A stretch of 64,000 nt of DNA, taken from Thermodesulfobacteriota bacterium. Lineage in GTDB: Bacteria > Desulfobacterota_D > UBA1144 > Nemesobacterales > Mycalebacteriaceae. The notes beneath the pieces were generated by a model. It did not search any database, had not been told where the DNA came from, and saw only the letters and a list, made by a program, of their open reading frames with translations. Positions 45,408 through 56,181 of the stretch are shown here, piece by piece (the first letter of the stretch is position 1; each line of letters starts with the position of its first letter). Where the stretch lies: positions 448,001-512,000 of the forward strand of contig OZ245366.1 of NCBI GenBank assembly GCA_965226585.1, in the 5' to 3' direction. The position numbers and the translations under genes were made by a program.

Positions 45408-47318
45408 ATGAACGGAGAAAAAATCTGCAACGTTATTGTGATAGGCGGCGGGCACGCGGGCTGTGAAGCCGCGCTTGCGGCGGCGCGCATGGGGCGCAAA
45501 ACACTTCTGCTTACGGCAAATATAGACACAATCGGCGTTATGTCATGCAACCCGTCCATCGGCGGGGTTGGCAAAGGGCATATCGTGAGAGAGATAGACG
45601 CCCTCGGCGGCGAGATGGCTAAAGCCGCAGACGCAAGCGCGATTCAATACAGAACACTCAACACACGCAAAGGCGCGGCGGTGCGCGCCACCCGCTCTCA
45701 GGCGGACAGACAGGTGTACAGAGCGCATATGCGCCGGGTTCTTGAAGAGTGCGAAAATCTTGACATAAAACAGAGAATGGTGGACGGATTTCTTGTTTCC
45801 GGGGATGAGGTGAAGGGCGTGAAAACAAGCCTCGGAGAAACCTTTTTCTCTGACTCCGTTGTCGTTACGCCGGGAACTTTTCCGAACGGGCTTATACACG
45901 TTGGAGACGAACGCTACTCTTCGGGACGCGCCGGGGAAAAAGCGGCGATGGAGATAACCGGCTCATTCAAAGACCTGGGGCTTGAAGTGGGCAGACTCAA
46001 AACCGGAACGCCGCCCCGCTTTGACGGCAGAACAATACGCTGGGACGCCCTTACAGAGCAGAAAGGCGATGAAAATCCAAGACCGTTTTCTTTCTCAAAC
46101 ACCCGGACAGGCATCAGCCAGATGTCGTGCTACATCACGCACACAAACGGGAAAACGCACGAAGTTATCAGAAAAAACCTTTCCCGCTCGCCCCTCTATT
46201 CTGGCGTGATAAGCGGCGTGGGTCCGCGCTACTGCCCGTCCGTTGAAGATAAAATTGTGAAGTTTCCCGACAAAGACCGCCACCAGATATTTCTTGAGCC
46301 GGAGGGCAGAAACACCTACGAAGTCTATCCAAACGGCATATCAACCAGCCTTCCGCTTGACGTGCAGACGGAGATGTCCAGAACGATAGAAGGGCTTGAA
46401 CAGGTTGAAATAATGCGCCCCGGATACGCGGTGGAATACGATTTTATAAACCCGACACAACTGAACTCGGCGCTTGAATGCAAACGCGCGCGAGGGCTTT
46501 TCTTTGCCGGGCAGGTGAACGGAACAACCGGATACGAGGAAGCCGCCGGGCAGGGGATTGTGGCGGGAATAAACGCCGCTCTGCACTCGCGCGGCGACAG
46601 CCCCTTTGTGCTTGACCGCTCAGACGCCTACATCGGAATCATGATAGACGACCTTGTTACAAAGGGCGTTGACGAGCCATACAGGATGTTCACTTCAAGG
46701 GCGGAATACCGCCTTGTTCTGCGCGAAGACAACGCAGACATCAGACTTATGGAAAAAGGACACCGCGCGGGGCTCATAAGCGATGAACGCTACGAGCGGC
46801 TTGTCATCAAAAAACACGCGCTCAAGAGTGAAGTGGAAAGACTTGAACAGACCCGCTGTGTTCCCGGAAGCCCGGCGGATTTGCAACTGAAACAGATGGG
46901 CTCATCGGCGCTGAAAAAACCGCAGTCGCTCGCAGAGATTCTCAGAAGACCCGCAATCACTTACTCTGAACTCGCCCTTTTTGACACCGTGTCCGCCGAA
47001 CTCGCCGGTTCAGACACCGCCGCGCAGGCGGAGATGCAGGTTAAATACGCGGGCTATGTGAAGATGCAGACGGAACAACTCGGCAGGTTCAAACGGTTTG
47101 AACGCATGTCCATACCGGAAACCTTTGACTACGCCAAAGTGTCCGGGCTTTCCAAAGAGATAGTTCAGAAACTTTCAAGCGCGAGGCCGCGCTCTCTCGG
47201 GCAGGCGGGGCGAATATCAGGCGTTACGCCCGCCGCCGTTTCGGTTCTTATGCTGCACCTGAGGAAAAATCCCGCAAGGGAAGGTCAGTCAACCATCTCG
47301 ACATCTTCTTCCTCGTAG
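45408..47318 (+). CDS. mnmG: tRNA uridine 5-carboxymethylaminomethyl modification enzyme
   Basis: VIGGGHAGCEAA, MSCNPSIGG, RLKTGTPPR, GPRYCPSVEDK, GQVNGTTGYEEAA. Confidence 0.97.
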   Translation: MNGEKICNVIVIGGGHAGCEAALAAARMGRKTLLLTANIDTIGVMSCNPSIGGVGKGHIVREIDALGGEMAKAADASAIQYRTLNTRKGAAVRATRSQADRQVYRAHMRRVLEECENLDIKQRMVDGFLVSGDEVKGVKTSLGETFFSDSVVVTPGTFPNGLIHVGDERYSSGRAGEKAAMEITGSFKDLGLEVGRLKTGTPPRFDGRTIRWDALTEQKGDENPRPFSFSNTRTGISQMSCYITHTNGKTHEVIRKNLSRSPLYSGVISGVGPRYCPSVEDKIVKFPDKDRHQIFLEPEGRNTYEVYPNGISTSLPLDVQTEMSRTIEGLEQVEIMRPGYAVEYDFINPTQLNSALECKRARGLFFAGQVNGTTGYEEAAGQGIVAGINAALHSRGDSPFVLDRSDAYIGIMIDDLVTKGVDEPYRMFTSRAEYRLVLREDNADIRLMEKGHRAGLISDERYERLVIKKHALKSEVERLEQTRCVPGSPADLQLKQMGSSALKKPQSLAEILRRPAITYSELALFDTVSAELAGSDTAAQAEMQVKYAGYVKMQTEQLGRFKRFERMSIPETFDYAKVSGLSKEIVQKLSSARPRSLGQAGRISGVTPAAVSVLMLHLRKNPAREGQSTISTSSSS

Positions 47319-47455
47319 AATTCTCCCAGTTCGTTCAATTCCACGTCGCCGACATCCATTTCTTCAGGGTCGTCGTTTCCCGCGTAAACCTGCTCATCAG
47401 GGTCCTCAATCATATTGACGAGGTCTCTGATTCTTTCGTCTCTTGAAGTAGCCAC
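47285..47455 (-). CDS. Small highly acidic protein (56 aa), below the ORF-track cutoff
   Basis: GTG start after GGGGG; MATSRDERIRDLVNMIEDPDEQVYAGNDDPEEMDVGDVELNELGEFYEEEDVEMVD. Confidence 0.55.
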   Translation of the reverse strand: MATSRDERIRDLVNMIEDPDEQVYAGNDDPEEMDVGDVELNELGEFYEEEDVEMVD

Positions 47456-47542
47456 CTCAACACCCCCTGTGTTGTGATTTAACGGACAGAGCCCGTTTCC
47501 GCCCCCATAATATTGACGGACGGGGAAAAATCAACCCTTTTT

Positions 47543-49612
47543 TTAGTCCGCAATTGAAGCGGCAAAATCGTCCGCGCCGGAAGGAAGTCCGCACGTCCCG
47601 TCTTCGCACACATAGACAAGCGTTTTCCCGTTTCCGCCCGCAGAGCATCCGGCGGCAAAAGGGGCTATGTTGCCGGTCTCAGAGCAGTCCGGTTTTTTGA
47701 GCAGAACTGTTGCCCCCGGCTCGTAGTTTTTCGCGAGCGCGTCCGTAACTTTTTCCGCCCCGTCCGTGCCTTCGGCGATAACAACCTCAAATGTTTTTCC
47801 CGCGGCAAACTCAAGCGCGCAGAGAAGCATTCCGTGTGAAGACGGCAGTTTTTCAACCGACAGCGAAAGAGAGCGGGCAATTTTAGCGGCGTCCTCATCG
47901 TACCGGTGGTTTCCCGTCAGGCGGGATATTTTCATCAGGTTGAGAGCCGCAACCGAGTTTCCGCACGGAAGCGCGCCGTCATGAAACTCCTTTTTCCTCA
48001 CTATCAGACTTTCCGCCCCCGACGGGGTGAAGAAAAAACCGCCTTTTTCCTCATCAGAAAAAAGTTCAATCATCTTGTCGTTCAGCCTCATCGCGGTTTT
48101 AAGGCGCGAGATGTCAAACCCCGCTTCGTAAAGCTCAAGCAGTCCCCAGACCATAAACGCATAGTCGTCCAAGTTTCCCCTGATGGCGGCGTCTCCGTCT
48201 CTGAATCTGTGCAGAAGTTCATTGCCGTCAAACATATTTGCGAGAATGAAATCCGCCGCAGTTTCCGCCGCTTCAACATATTCTTTCCGCCCGAAAGCTC
48301 GTCCCGCTTTTGAGAACGCCGCTATCATCAAGCCGTTCCAGTCGGTCAGAATTTTGTCGTCTTTGTGCGGACGCGGGCGTTTTTCTCTGCGTTCAAACAG
48401 CTTTTTCACCGCAGATTCAGTAAGCCGCTCCGCTTCGGTTTTGTCTGTGCCCGCAGTTTCCGCCGCAAAGGAAAGCGGTTTTGTTCTGTGCGGGATGTTG
48501 GTTCCGGGCATTTTTCCGGTCGCCTCGTCAACAAAGTTCCCGCCGCTTTTTATGGTAAAAACCTCCGCCGCAATGCGGGCTTCATCCGCTCCCGCCGTCT
48601 CTCTGAATTCCTCTTCGCTCCATAGGTAGAACTTTCCCTCCTCGCCCTCGCTGTCCGCGTCTTCTGCGGAGAAGAACGCGCCGCCTGAAGCGGTCATGTC
48701 TCTCATGACGTATTCAAGCGTTTTTTCCGCGCCGTTTTTATAGGCGGGGTTTGAGGTGGCAAGCCACGCCTCGGTCAGGGCGGCGCAGATAAGCGCCTGA
48801 TCGTGGAGCATTTTTTCAAAGTGCGGCACAAGCCACCGGCGGTCGGTTGAATACCTGTGAAATCCGCCCCCGATGTGGTCGTTTATTCCGCCGTCAAGCA
48901 TGGAGCCGAGCGTTTTTTCAGCAACTTCAAGGGATTTGGCATCTCCGGTTCTTTTCCAGTGGCGAAGCAGGAATATCAGGTTTTGCGGAGAGGGGAATTT
49001 AGGCGCGTCTCCGAAGCCCCCGAAAACGGGGTCAAAAGCCGCCGCCAGAGTTTCCGCGCCGTTTTTCAGCAGATCCTCATTGCCCATGCGCCCCTCAGAC
49101 TGCATCACCGCTTGAGAGTCTCTGATGGCAATCTCAATGTCTCCGGCGGATTTTTCTATGTCTGCGCGCCGGGAACTCCACACCTCTTTTATCTGCGGTA
49201 TCAGTTCAACCATTCCGGCTCTGCCGTATCTGTTGTGTTTCGGTATGTAGGTTGCCGCGAAAAACGGTTTTTTGCCGGGCGTCATAACAACATTCAGGGG
49301 CCATCCGCAGTTTCCTCTTGAAACTATCTGGCACACGCTCATCAGAACCCCGTCAATGTCCGGACGCTCTTCGCGGTCAACCTTGATGGAGATGAAAACA
49401 TCGTTCATCAACTCCGCCACTTCCGGGTCTTCAAAAGACTCCTTTTCCATCACGTGGCACCAGTGGCAGGTTGAGTATCCGACTGAAACGAGAACGGGCT
49501 TGTCTTCGCGCGCGGCGGTTTCAAACGCCTCTCCGCACCAGGGGTACCAGTTCACCGGGTTGCCCGCATGCTGGAGAAGATAAGGGCTTTTTTCTTTTGA
49601 AAGTCTGTTCAT
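47543..49612 (-). CDS. Thioredoxin-domain / six-hairpin protein (YyaL/DUF255 family)
   Basis: [47 protein letters not shown]. Confidence 0.92.
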   Translation of the reverse strand: MNRLSKEKSPYLLQHAGNPVNWYPWCGEAFETAAREDKPVLVSVGYSTCHWCHVMEKESFEDPEVAELMNDVFISIKVDREERPDIDGVLMSVCQIVSRGNCGWPLNVVMTPGKKPFFAATYIPKHNRYGRAGMVELIPQIKEVWSSRRADIEKSAGDIEIAIRDSQAVMQSEGRMGNEDLLKNGAETLAAAFDPVFGGFGDAPKFPSPQNLIFLLRHWKRTGDAKSLEVAEKTLGSMLDGGINDHIGGGFHRYSTDRRWLVPHFEKMLHDQALICAALTEAWLATSNPAYKNGAEKTLEYVMRDMTASGGAFFSAEDADSEGEEGKFYLWSEEEFRETAGADEARIAAEVFTIKSGGNFVDEATGKMPGTNIPHRTKPLSFAAETAGTDKTEAERLTESAVKKLFERREKRPRPHKDDKILTDWNGLMIAAFSKAGRAFGRKEYVEAAETAADFILANMFDGNELLHRFRDGDAAIRGNLDDYAFMVWGLLELYEAGFDISRLKTAMRLNDKMIELFSDEEKGGFFFTPSGAESLIVRKKEFHDGALPCGNSVAALNLMKISRLTGNHRYDEDAAKIARSLSLSVEKLPSSHGMLLCALEFAAGKTFEVVIAEGTDGAEKVTDALAKNYEPGATVLLKKPDCSETGNIAPFAAGCSAGGNGKTLVYVCEDGTCGLPSGADDFAASIAD

Positions 49613-49717
49613 CGGCTTGTCTGAAACCGCAAAGAAAATACCCGTCCGCGCCGCGCCGTTCCATTATTTTTATGCAATATGTGTCCGGACGGTTTATATT
49701 GAAGGCGGGATTTTGCC

Positions 49718-50101
49718 GTGAAGTTGTATCACAAAGCCGGAGTGGTTGTCCGCAGAAGCGGAGATGACGGGGACGAGATTCTTCTCGTCAGCGCGCGCCG
49801 TCATGCCGGTTCGTGGGTTTTTCCCGCCGGAACGGTTGAAGAGGGAGAAGCCGCCGCGCAAGCCGCCGCGCGCGAGTGCGAGGAGGAAAGCGGATACACC
49901 GTCCGCACGGGGGAGGAGATAGGCGCGGTTACCGTTACGGGAGACGGCTGGACAAAAGAGTTTATTTTTTTCTCAGCCGCCGTTACGGGCGAGGTGGAGA
50001 GAAAGGAGAGCGACAGGGAACGCAAGTGGGTGCGGGTTTCCCGTCTTGAAGACGAGGTTGCCGATGTTTTCGCCCCCATAGCGAAACTTGTGAAAAAATA
50101 G
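49718..50101 (+). CDS. NUDIX hydrolase
   Basis: Nudix box GTVEEGEAAAQAAARECEEESG. Confidence 0.85.
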   Translation: MKLYHKAGVVVRRSGDDGDEILLVSARRHAGSWVFPAGTVEEGEAAAQAAARECEEESGYTVRTGEEIGAVTVTGDGWTKEFIFFSAAVTGEVERKESDRERKWVRVSRLEDEVADVFAPIAKLVKK

Positions 50102-50158
50102 CCGTTTTACGGTCTGCTCCCGTTCTGTTAGAATTGGCGCGAAATACGGACTGCCGCA

Positions 50159-50926
50159 ATGGAAAACTACTACGAAAAACTGGCGGGAAGATACAGAACC
50201 CTCCGCATGACGGACAACGAGCCGGTGGACTTTGCCTGCAAACTGCTTTCGTCATTAAAAGAAGGGCGCGTTGAGGTTGCCGACATGGGCTGCGGCGCAG
50301 GAAGATACGCCAAACTGTTTCTGGAAAATCTCGGAGACAACCTTTTTCTCCACTGCTTTGACACAAACGAAGTTATGCTCAACCAGCTTGAGAAATATCT
50401 CTCAGGCGAGGGCATAAAAAACTTTTCCGCCAAAGTGGCGGACGCAAGAGAAGTTCCTCTCACCGAAAACACGCTTGATGCGGTGGTGTGCTTCAACTCC
50501 GTTCACCACATCGGGATTGTCGGTTTGCTGCAGGAGATTTCAAGGATATTGAAACCCGGCGGTCTGTTTTTTATCTACACAAGGTCGAGAGCCCAAAACG
50601 CGCGAACCGTGTGGGGGCGGTATTTTCCGCTTTTCCAGCGCAAAGAGTCGCGCCTTTACGATCCGGAAGAGTTTGAGTTCAAGATTGAAAAATTTCCCGA
50701 GTTTGAAATTGAAGCCGCAAAAACCTTCACCTACGAGCGCGTAACTTCAAAGAAAGACCTTGAAGAAAAGGCGTCCGCGAAGGCATATTCGCCTTTTCAT
50801 TTCTACGGGCCCGAAGAGTTTGACAGGGCGTTTGACGAGTTCAAAAGGAAACTGGAAGAGCAGTTTGAAGGCGATGTGGAGTGGGAGGACGAGAAGATAA
50901 TGTACGTCCTCAAAAAACGCGCCTGA
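50159..50926 (+). CDS. Class I SAM-dependent methyltransferase
   Basis: VADMGCGAGR; RILKPGG. Confidence 0.85.
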   Translation: MENYYEKLAGRYRTLRMTDNEPVDFACKLLSSLKEGRVEVADMGCGAGRYAKLFLENLGDNLFLHCFDTNEVMLNQLEKYLSGEGIKNFSAKVADAREVPLTENTLDAVVCFNSVHHIGIVGLLQEISRILKPGGLFFIYTRSRAQNARTVWGRYFPLFQRKESRLYDPEEFEFKIEKFPEFEIEAAKTFTYERVTSKKDLEEKASAKAYSPFHFYGPEEFDRAFDEFKRKLEEQFEGDVEWEDEKIMYVLKKRA

Positions 50927-50941
50927 TATCAAAAAGCGGCT

Positions 50942-51850
50942 TCAACTGAGACAGTCTTTTATCTCGCGTGCGAGGTTTTCCACCACTTCAAAATAGAGGT
51001 CTTCACCCGGAGTGATGCCTGAGCCCAGAGGGTCTATAACTCCGATTTTCGCGTCTGTTCCCTCAACCACCGTTTTCATGATTTTTCTGCTGAACTGCGG
51101 CTCGCCGAAAACGCAGACGGCTCCGGACTTGCGTATTTTTTTGCGTATGCGGGTTATCTCCGCCGCAGACGGAGGGGAATCCGGGTTGAAGGTTATGGAG
51201 CCCACCGGTTTCAGCCCGTACAGTTTTTCAAAATAGATGTAGGCATCGTGAAAAACCACGTACGGAATGCCTTTCACTCCGGCGAGTTCTTTGCGTATTT
51301 TCGCGTCCAGTTTTTTCAGCCGCGCGATAAGAGCCCGCGCGTTTTTTTTGTATCTGCTTCTCTCGCCCGGATTTGCCTTAGACATTTCCCGCGTAATTAT
51401 CTTCACGATTTTCTCCGCCATTGGAGGCGACAGCCAGATGTGCAAGTTGTGATTTCCGTGGTCGTGCCCGTCAGACTCCCATTCTCCGCTTTTTCTGACT
51501 TTCATAAGCGACAATCCGGAGTTATCCGCCACCGCCACCGTGCGAACGCCTGAGGGAACGGAGCGCAGGGCGTTGTTGAGAAACCCCTCAAGACCGCCGC
51601 TAATATAGAAAACCGCTTTCGCGTTTCTTATGCTTCTCACGTGCGACGGGCTGAGACTGAATCCGTGAGGCGAAATGCCTGACTTCACTATCAAATCCGT
51701 TTTTTCCGCGCCCTTTACAACTCCCGACACAAGAGCGTGAAGCGGCGCGATGCTTGCCGCTACCCTGCCCGAATCCTTCGCATTTACACCGCCTGAAAAC
51801 ACGGCAAACATCACGCCCGCAAGAACAAAAACACTTGCAAATCTTTTCAT
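50942..51850 (-). CDS. znuA: Zinc ABC transporter substrate-binding protein
   Basis: Signal peptide, SPHGF, HDHGNHNLHIWL, FHDAY, CVFGEPQF, DPLG. Confidence 0.9.
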   Translation of the reverse strand: MKRFASVFVLAGVMFAVFSGGVNAKDSGRVAASIAPLHALVSGVVKGAEKTDLIVKSGISPHGFSLSPSHVRSIRNAKAVFYISGGLEGFLNNALRSVPSGVRTVAVADNSGLSLMKVRKSGEWESDGHDHGNHNLHIWLSPPMAEKIVKIITREMSKANPGERSRYKKNARALIARLKKLDAKIRKELAGVKGIPYVVFHDAYIYFEKLYGLKPVGSITFNPDSPPSAAEITRIRKKIRKSGAVCVFGEPQFSRKIMKTVVEGTDAKIGVIDPLGSGITPGEDLYFEVVENLAREIKDCLS

Positions 51851-51878
51851 GTGCAACCCACCTCTTTTGACACAATAT

Positions 51879-51900
51879 GCGTTATGTTATAACATAACGC
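51879..51900. promoter_or_regulatory. Zur box: perfect 22-bp palindrome GCGTTATGTTATAACATAACGC
   Basis: Lies between divergent znuA and zur; contains two overlapping GTTAT-N3-ATAAC elements. Confidence 0.8.
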
Positions 51901-51906
51901 TTGATT

Positions 51907-52401
51907 ATGCAAAATTCAGAGCGAAAAACTGGAAATTCCGCAGTTTTCTGCGGCGACCATGATGTTTGCGTTGATGATGTTACCGCTTTTGCCGCCCGTG
52001 TTTGTTCGGAAAGGGGGGCGCGGCTCACGCCTATCAGAAAGCGCGTTCTTGAGATAGTCGCGCGCGCTCACAAGCCCGTCAAGGCGTATGACATCCTCGC
52101 CGACCTTTCAAGTTTCGCCAAGCCGCCCACGGTCTACCGCGCGCTTGATTTTCTGATAGAAAACGGTCTTGTCCACAAACTTTCCAGCATATCGTCTTAC
52201 TCCGCCTGTTTTCACCCCGAAAGCGGGCACGCGGAGTGCTTTTTCCTTATCTGTTCGGAATGCGGAGGCAGTAGAGAGTTCTGCGGCTCAGACCTTTCGG
52301 GAGCAATAGAGGGAGCGGTTTCCCGTGAGGATTTCCGCAAGAAAAACGCGATTGTTGAAGTGCTCGGAACGTGCGCCGTGTGCGCGGAGGACGGGCGGTG
52401 A
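51907..52401 (+). CDS. zur: Fur-family zinc uptake regulator
   Basis: RLTPIRKRVL, KAYDIL, PPTVYRALDFL, CSEC and CAVC; znu context. Confidence 0.88.
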   Translation: MQNSERKTGNSAVFCGDHDVCVDDVTAFAARVCSERGARLTPIRKRVLEIVARAHKPVKAYDILADLSSFAKPPTVYRALDFLIENGLVHKLSSISSYSACFHPESGHAECFFLICSECGGSREFCGSDLSGAIEGAVSREDFRKKNAIVEVLGTCAVCAEDGR

Positions 52402-53150
52402 GGGAAGCCCTTATAAAGACTGAAAATGTGAACGTGTCGAGAGGCGGCGTTGAGATTTTGCGCGATATTTCGCTTGAGATAGGCGCGGGCGATTTTGTTT
52501 CAATCGTGGGTCCCAACGGAGCCGGAAAGACCACACTTCTGAAAATTCTCACGGGCGTTCTCAGCCCCGATTCCGGTTCGCGCTTCCGCAAGCCGGGGCT
52601 CAAAACGGGTTATATGCCGCAAATCGTTGACAATATGAGTTTCATGCCCGTTTCGGCGGCGCGTTTTATACGTCTGCGTCACGGAAACGCCGGGGAAGAG
52701 GAGTTTAAATCTGTCTGCGGGGAAACGGGGGTTGCCGGTTTTGTGAACAGGGAGATGGGAAGACTTTCGGGCGGCGAGATTCAGCGCGTTCTGCTTGCAA
52801 GGGCTCTTATGGACAGCCCGGACATACTCATTATGGATGAGCCCGCGCAAAACCTTGACGTTTCCGGGCAACTGGAGTTCTACAAACTGCTTGAAAGAAT
52901 TCACCGCGAGCGCGGGGTTGCCGTTGTGATGGTATCGCACGACCTACACATGGTGATGTCTTCCACAAAGAATGTCATCTGCCTTTACGGGCATATATGT
53001 TGCGAGGGAGAGCCTCAGAGTGTGGCGAAACACCCGGAGTTCTCGGTGATGTTCGGCGAGGGTATGGCGCAACTGATGTCTGTCTATTCCCACAGTCACG
53101 AGCATACGCACGGCGGCAACACGGGCGGAGAGACGAGCAAAAATGGGTGA
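52398..53150 (+). CDS. znuC: Zinc ABC transporter ATPase
   Basis: GPNGAGKT, LSGGEIQRV, VSHDLH, HICCEG, His-rich tail. Confidence 0.9.
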   Translation: MREALIKTENVNVSRGGVEILRDISLEIGAGDFVSIVGPNGAGKTTLLKILTGVLSPDSGSRFRKPGLKTGYMPQIVDNMSFMPVSAARFIRLRHGNAGEEEFKSVCGETGVAGFVNREMGRLSGGEIQRVLLARALMDSPDILIMDEPAQNLDVSGQLEFYKLLERIHRERGVAVVMVSHDLHMVMSSTKNVICLYGHICCEGEPQSVAKHPEFSVMFGEGMAQLMSVYSHSHEHTHGGNTGGETSKNG

Positions 53151-53958
53151 AGATTTTGTCATACGCGCTCTTATAGCCGGAGCGGGGGTCGCAATCGCCG
53201 CGGGCGCGCTGGGATGCTTTGTTGTGTGGCGGCGCATGGCTTATTTTGGAGACTCGCTGTCTCACACCGCGCTTGCGGGCATTCCGTTCGGATTGCTTGC
53301 CGGAATAGGAATTGACTACGGGGTTTTTGCGGTTGTGGTGGTGTTTTCCCTTCTGCTCACTTGGGCGTATAAGCGCGGCAAACTCGGCACAGACACGGTT
53401 CTCGGCATAATAGCCCACGGCGCTCTTGCCATCGGTGTGGTCGCGGTTTCCCTTGTCAATTTCACTGCCATCAACCTTCACTCGGCTCTTTTCGGCGACA
53501 TACTCACGGTCGTAAACGCAGACATAGTGCGGATATACGTTTGCTGTGCCGTTGTTCTCGCCCTGATTTTGCTCAACTGGGATTCCCTTGTGCTTATAAC
53601 GATAAGCGAAGACATGGCAAAGGCGGAGGGCGTCAGGGTGTTGGTGATGAACTTTATGCTTGTGTTTCTGATGGCGGTTATGGTGTCTGCTTCCTTCCGA
53701 ATTGTGGGGGCTTTGCTGATAACTTCAATGCTTATAATTCCCGCCGCCGCCGCGCGGATGCTCGCGCGTTCTCCCGAAATGATGGCGATTCTCGCGTGCG
53801 CGGTCGGGGTTTCATCCGTTGTGGTTGGCATATACGGTTCGCTTGTCTACAACACCCCTTCGGGGCCCACAATAATCACGGCTTCCGTTCTGTTTTTCGT
53901 TCTTTTTCTCGCTTGCGGGTTTATTTACGAAAAGTGGTTCGCGGGCGTAAAAAACTAG
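53143..53958 (+). CDS. znuB: Zinc ABC transporter permease
   Basis: GCFVVWRRMAYFGDSLSH, LFGDIL, TPSGP. Confidence 0.92.
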   Translation: MGEDFVIRALIAGAGVAIAAGALGCFVVWRRMAYFGDSLSHTALAGIPFGLLAGIGIDYGVFAVVVVFSLLLTWAYKRGKLGTDTVLGIIAHGALAIGVVAVSLVNFTAINLHSALFGDILTVVNADIVRIYVCCAVVLALILLNWDSLVLITISEDMAKAEGVRVLVMNFMLVFLMAVMVSASFRIVGALLITSMLIIPAAAARMLARSPEMMAILACAVGVSSVVVGIYGSLVYNTPSGPTIITASVLFFVLFLACGFIYEKWFAGVKN

Positions 53959-53970
53959 AGGTGTAATGTT

Positions 53971-55392
53971 ATGAAAACGTTTTTTGCTTTTATTCTAATG
54001 GCTTCCGCGATATTCGCGGCTGTTCCGCCCGCGTCCGGTGAAATAACCATAGACGGGCATATTGATATGAAACTCCACATGGACAAAGTCATAGACTCAG
54101 CCGAAGCAACCGGCGAGGTGCTTGAGGGCTATACCGATTCCCATATCTACACGATATTGCACCTGCCGTGGGGTTTTTCCCTTGAAACGGAAGTGCTTCT
54201 TGAGGGTGAACCGTGCGGACACGACCACGGGCACGGCGAAGAAGAGGAGGAAGAAGAACATGCTCATGAAGCGGTGTGCAGAACAGCGGTAGAGGAGCAT
54301 GAAGAAGAAGCAGCTGAGCCACATTCACACGCCGACCCTCCGGCAGCAGCACAAGCACAAGAAGAAGAAGAGGAAGTGGAATTAAGGAAACTTTCTTTCT
54401 TCGGTGACCATGTTTTTACGCTTCAAACCTTTATGCTGAAATACACACGCGCTTTCGGTCCCGTAAAATGGTCTCTCTACGGCGGCAAGTTTGTTCCCGT
54501 TGTCGGAATAGACGCGGAATCCCTGCCGGGTGTGTATTCATACCGCGCTCTCCACGAATACGATTTAGACCCGAAAATCGGTTTAGGCACAAAGTTTGTC
54601 GTGAACGCGGAGGATTTTGGAACGCACCAGTTGAATACATCCCTCTTTACGGCGGACACAACCGCTTTCAGCGATAACGGCTCGGGCGACCGCCTCAAAA
54701 GGGCGGACGGTGGACCGTCCAACAACGGCGACCTTACATCCGTGGTTTTTTCGCTTGGCGGAAAAAATTTCTACACCCTGAGAGACGGCTTTTTTGCCAA
54801 CTTTCTGGAAGGTTTTTCATACCGCATCGGCTATGCGAACCAGAAGAAGCAGAGCATGGCATATGAAGGTGAATATGATGAACACATCGGACCGCCGACC
54901 ACAGGAGACGAAACGAGATACACATTTTCAATGGGGCAGAAACGGAACTTTACGGAAAATCTCTCCCTCACACTCAAGACCGAATACATCAACATAAACA
55001 ACTACGGGGGCGAAACGGGACGATTGCGCAATGCGTGGACGGTGGCAACCGCTTTTGACTGGAAGCGGTGGACGCTTGCGGGTTCTTATTCCTCAACGGA
55101 CAACAGGTCATCCACTTTCACCAGAAGGAGGATAGCGATAGAGACGCAGGTAAGGGATAGGACACCGAGAGAAAACGTGCTTCCGCCGGAAGAAGATACG
55201 GGGAGCCTTGGCGCGACTATTTACAGCTTTTCCCTCTCACGCAAACTTGGCGGCGGCGGAGCGAAACTTGGTGTCGGCTACCAGAGTGTGAAAGAAGAGG
55301 GCGAAACAACCGGCAGAATTGGAATGCTCCTCAGTTACAGCGGCTCGTTTTTCTCAGGCTCCGCAGAGAGCCACGAAGGGCACGACCACTAA
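53971..55392 (+). CDS. Secreted, probable outer-membrane beta-barrel with His/Glu-rich insert
   Basis: Signal peptide; alternating beta-strand pattern; HDHGHGEEEEEEEHAHE insert; C-terminal ESHEGHDH; 12 nt after znuB. Confidence 0.6.
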   Translation: MKTFFAFILMASAIFAAVPPASGEITIDGHIDMKLHMDKVIDSAEATGEVLEGYTDSHIYTILHLPWGFSLETEVLLEGEPCGHDHGHGEEEEEEEHAHEAVCRTAVEEHEEEAAEPHSHADPPAAAQAQEEEEEVELRKLSFFGDHVFTLQTFMLKYTRAFGPVKWSLYGGKFVPVVGIDAESLPGVYSYRALHEYDLDPKIGLGTKFVVNAEDFGTHQLNTSLFTADTTAFSDNGSGDRLKRADGGPSNNGDLTSVVFSLGGKNFYTLRDGFFANFLEGFSYRIGYANQKKQSMAYEGEYDEHIGPPTTGDETRYTFSMGQKRNFTENLSLTLKTEYININNYGGETGRLRNAWTVATAFDWKRWTLAGSYSSTDNRSSTFTRRRIAIETQVRDRTPRENVLPPEEDTGSLGATIYSFSLSRKLGGGGAKLGVGYQSVKEEGETTGRIGMLLSYSGSFFSGSAESHEGHDH

Positions 55393-55395
55393 TTT

Positions 55396-55776
55396 TCAGA
55401 TGAGATATATGGCAAGAAAGGCGAAGAAAAATCCCGTCAAATAAATAACCACGGATACCGCCACCGTCCACAAACTCAAGGCGCGCAGACGCATGCACGA
55501 GCGCGCCGCCTCAGGGTCTGCCGGGCACGGGGCGTTTCTCTGCGAGTATCTCGCCACGGCGGCGATAAGAAGCATCACCCCCGCGACTGAAAAAACCCAC
55601 ACCTTGTGAGTGGAAAGCCAGATAAGCCCCGGAAACGCGCTGACGAGCCCCGCCGTAACGGCTCCCATCCCGATTGCGGCAAGAAGCGAGGGAAGGGCGC
55701 AGCAGATTAGAGTTCCCGCAGATGTGAACAGTGAGAAAAAGGGCAAAGCCGTGTCTTTCAGCCCTGCCTGTCTCAC
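55396..55776 (-). CDS. MerT/MerC-like metal transport membrane protein
   Basis: TLICCALP in the first TM; PCPAD...SC loop; about 3 TM helices. Confidence 0.65.
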   Translation of the reverse strand: MRQAGLKDTALPFFSLFTSAGTLICCALPSLLAAIGMGAVTAGLVSAFPGLIWLSTHKVWVFSVAGVMLLIAAVARYSQRNAPCPADPEAARSCMRLRALSLWTVAVSVVIYLTGFFFAFLAIYLI

Positions 55777-56171
55777 CGCCTGCCCTCTTTTTTGTAGAAC
55801 GATATGGACTCAACCGAGTATCCGGCATCGTTCACAAGTTTGCTGATTTTCTTATCAGACAGTTTCTTTCTTTTCTTCATGTAGATGTTGATAAAACTGC
55901 GTTTCAGGTTGACATCCACATCTTCAACCGCGCCGGTTTTGAGAAAAACCTTGCGTATGGAACGCGCGCAGAAATCGCACACAAGCCCCTTCACCCGCAC
56001 ATGAACTATGTTTCCCGAAGACATGGGTTTGGCGTTTGCCTGTTTCTCTTTCTTTTCTTCCGAGTGGTCGTGTCCTCTGCTTCCGGAATGGTCTGCGTTT
56101 GCGGCTCCGGTGAGGCAAACCGCCGCCAGAATAAACGCCGCAACAAAAGTTCGTATCGCTGTTGTTTTCAT
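55773..56171 (-). CDS. Periplasmic heavy-metal-associated (HMA, MerP/CopZ-like) protein
   Basis: Signal peptide; GHDH linker; VKGLVCDFCA motif; DAGY. Confidence 0.8.
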   Translation of the reverse strand: MKTTAIRTFVAAFILAAVCLTGAANADHSGSRGHDHSEEKKEKQANAKPMSSGNIVHVRVKGLVCDFCARSIRKVFLKTGAVEDVDVNLKRSFINIYMKKRKKLSDKKISKLVNDAGYSVESISFYKKEGRR

Positions 56172-56181
56172 GGTTTTCCCC

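Noticed and set aside
55396..56171. Mercury resistance operon
   Set aside because: No merA, merR or transposon features in the window.
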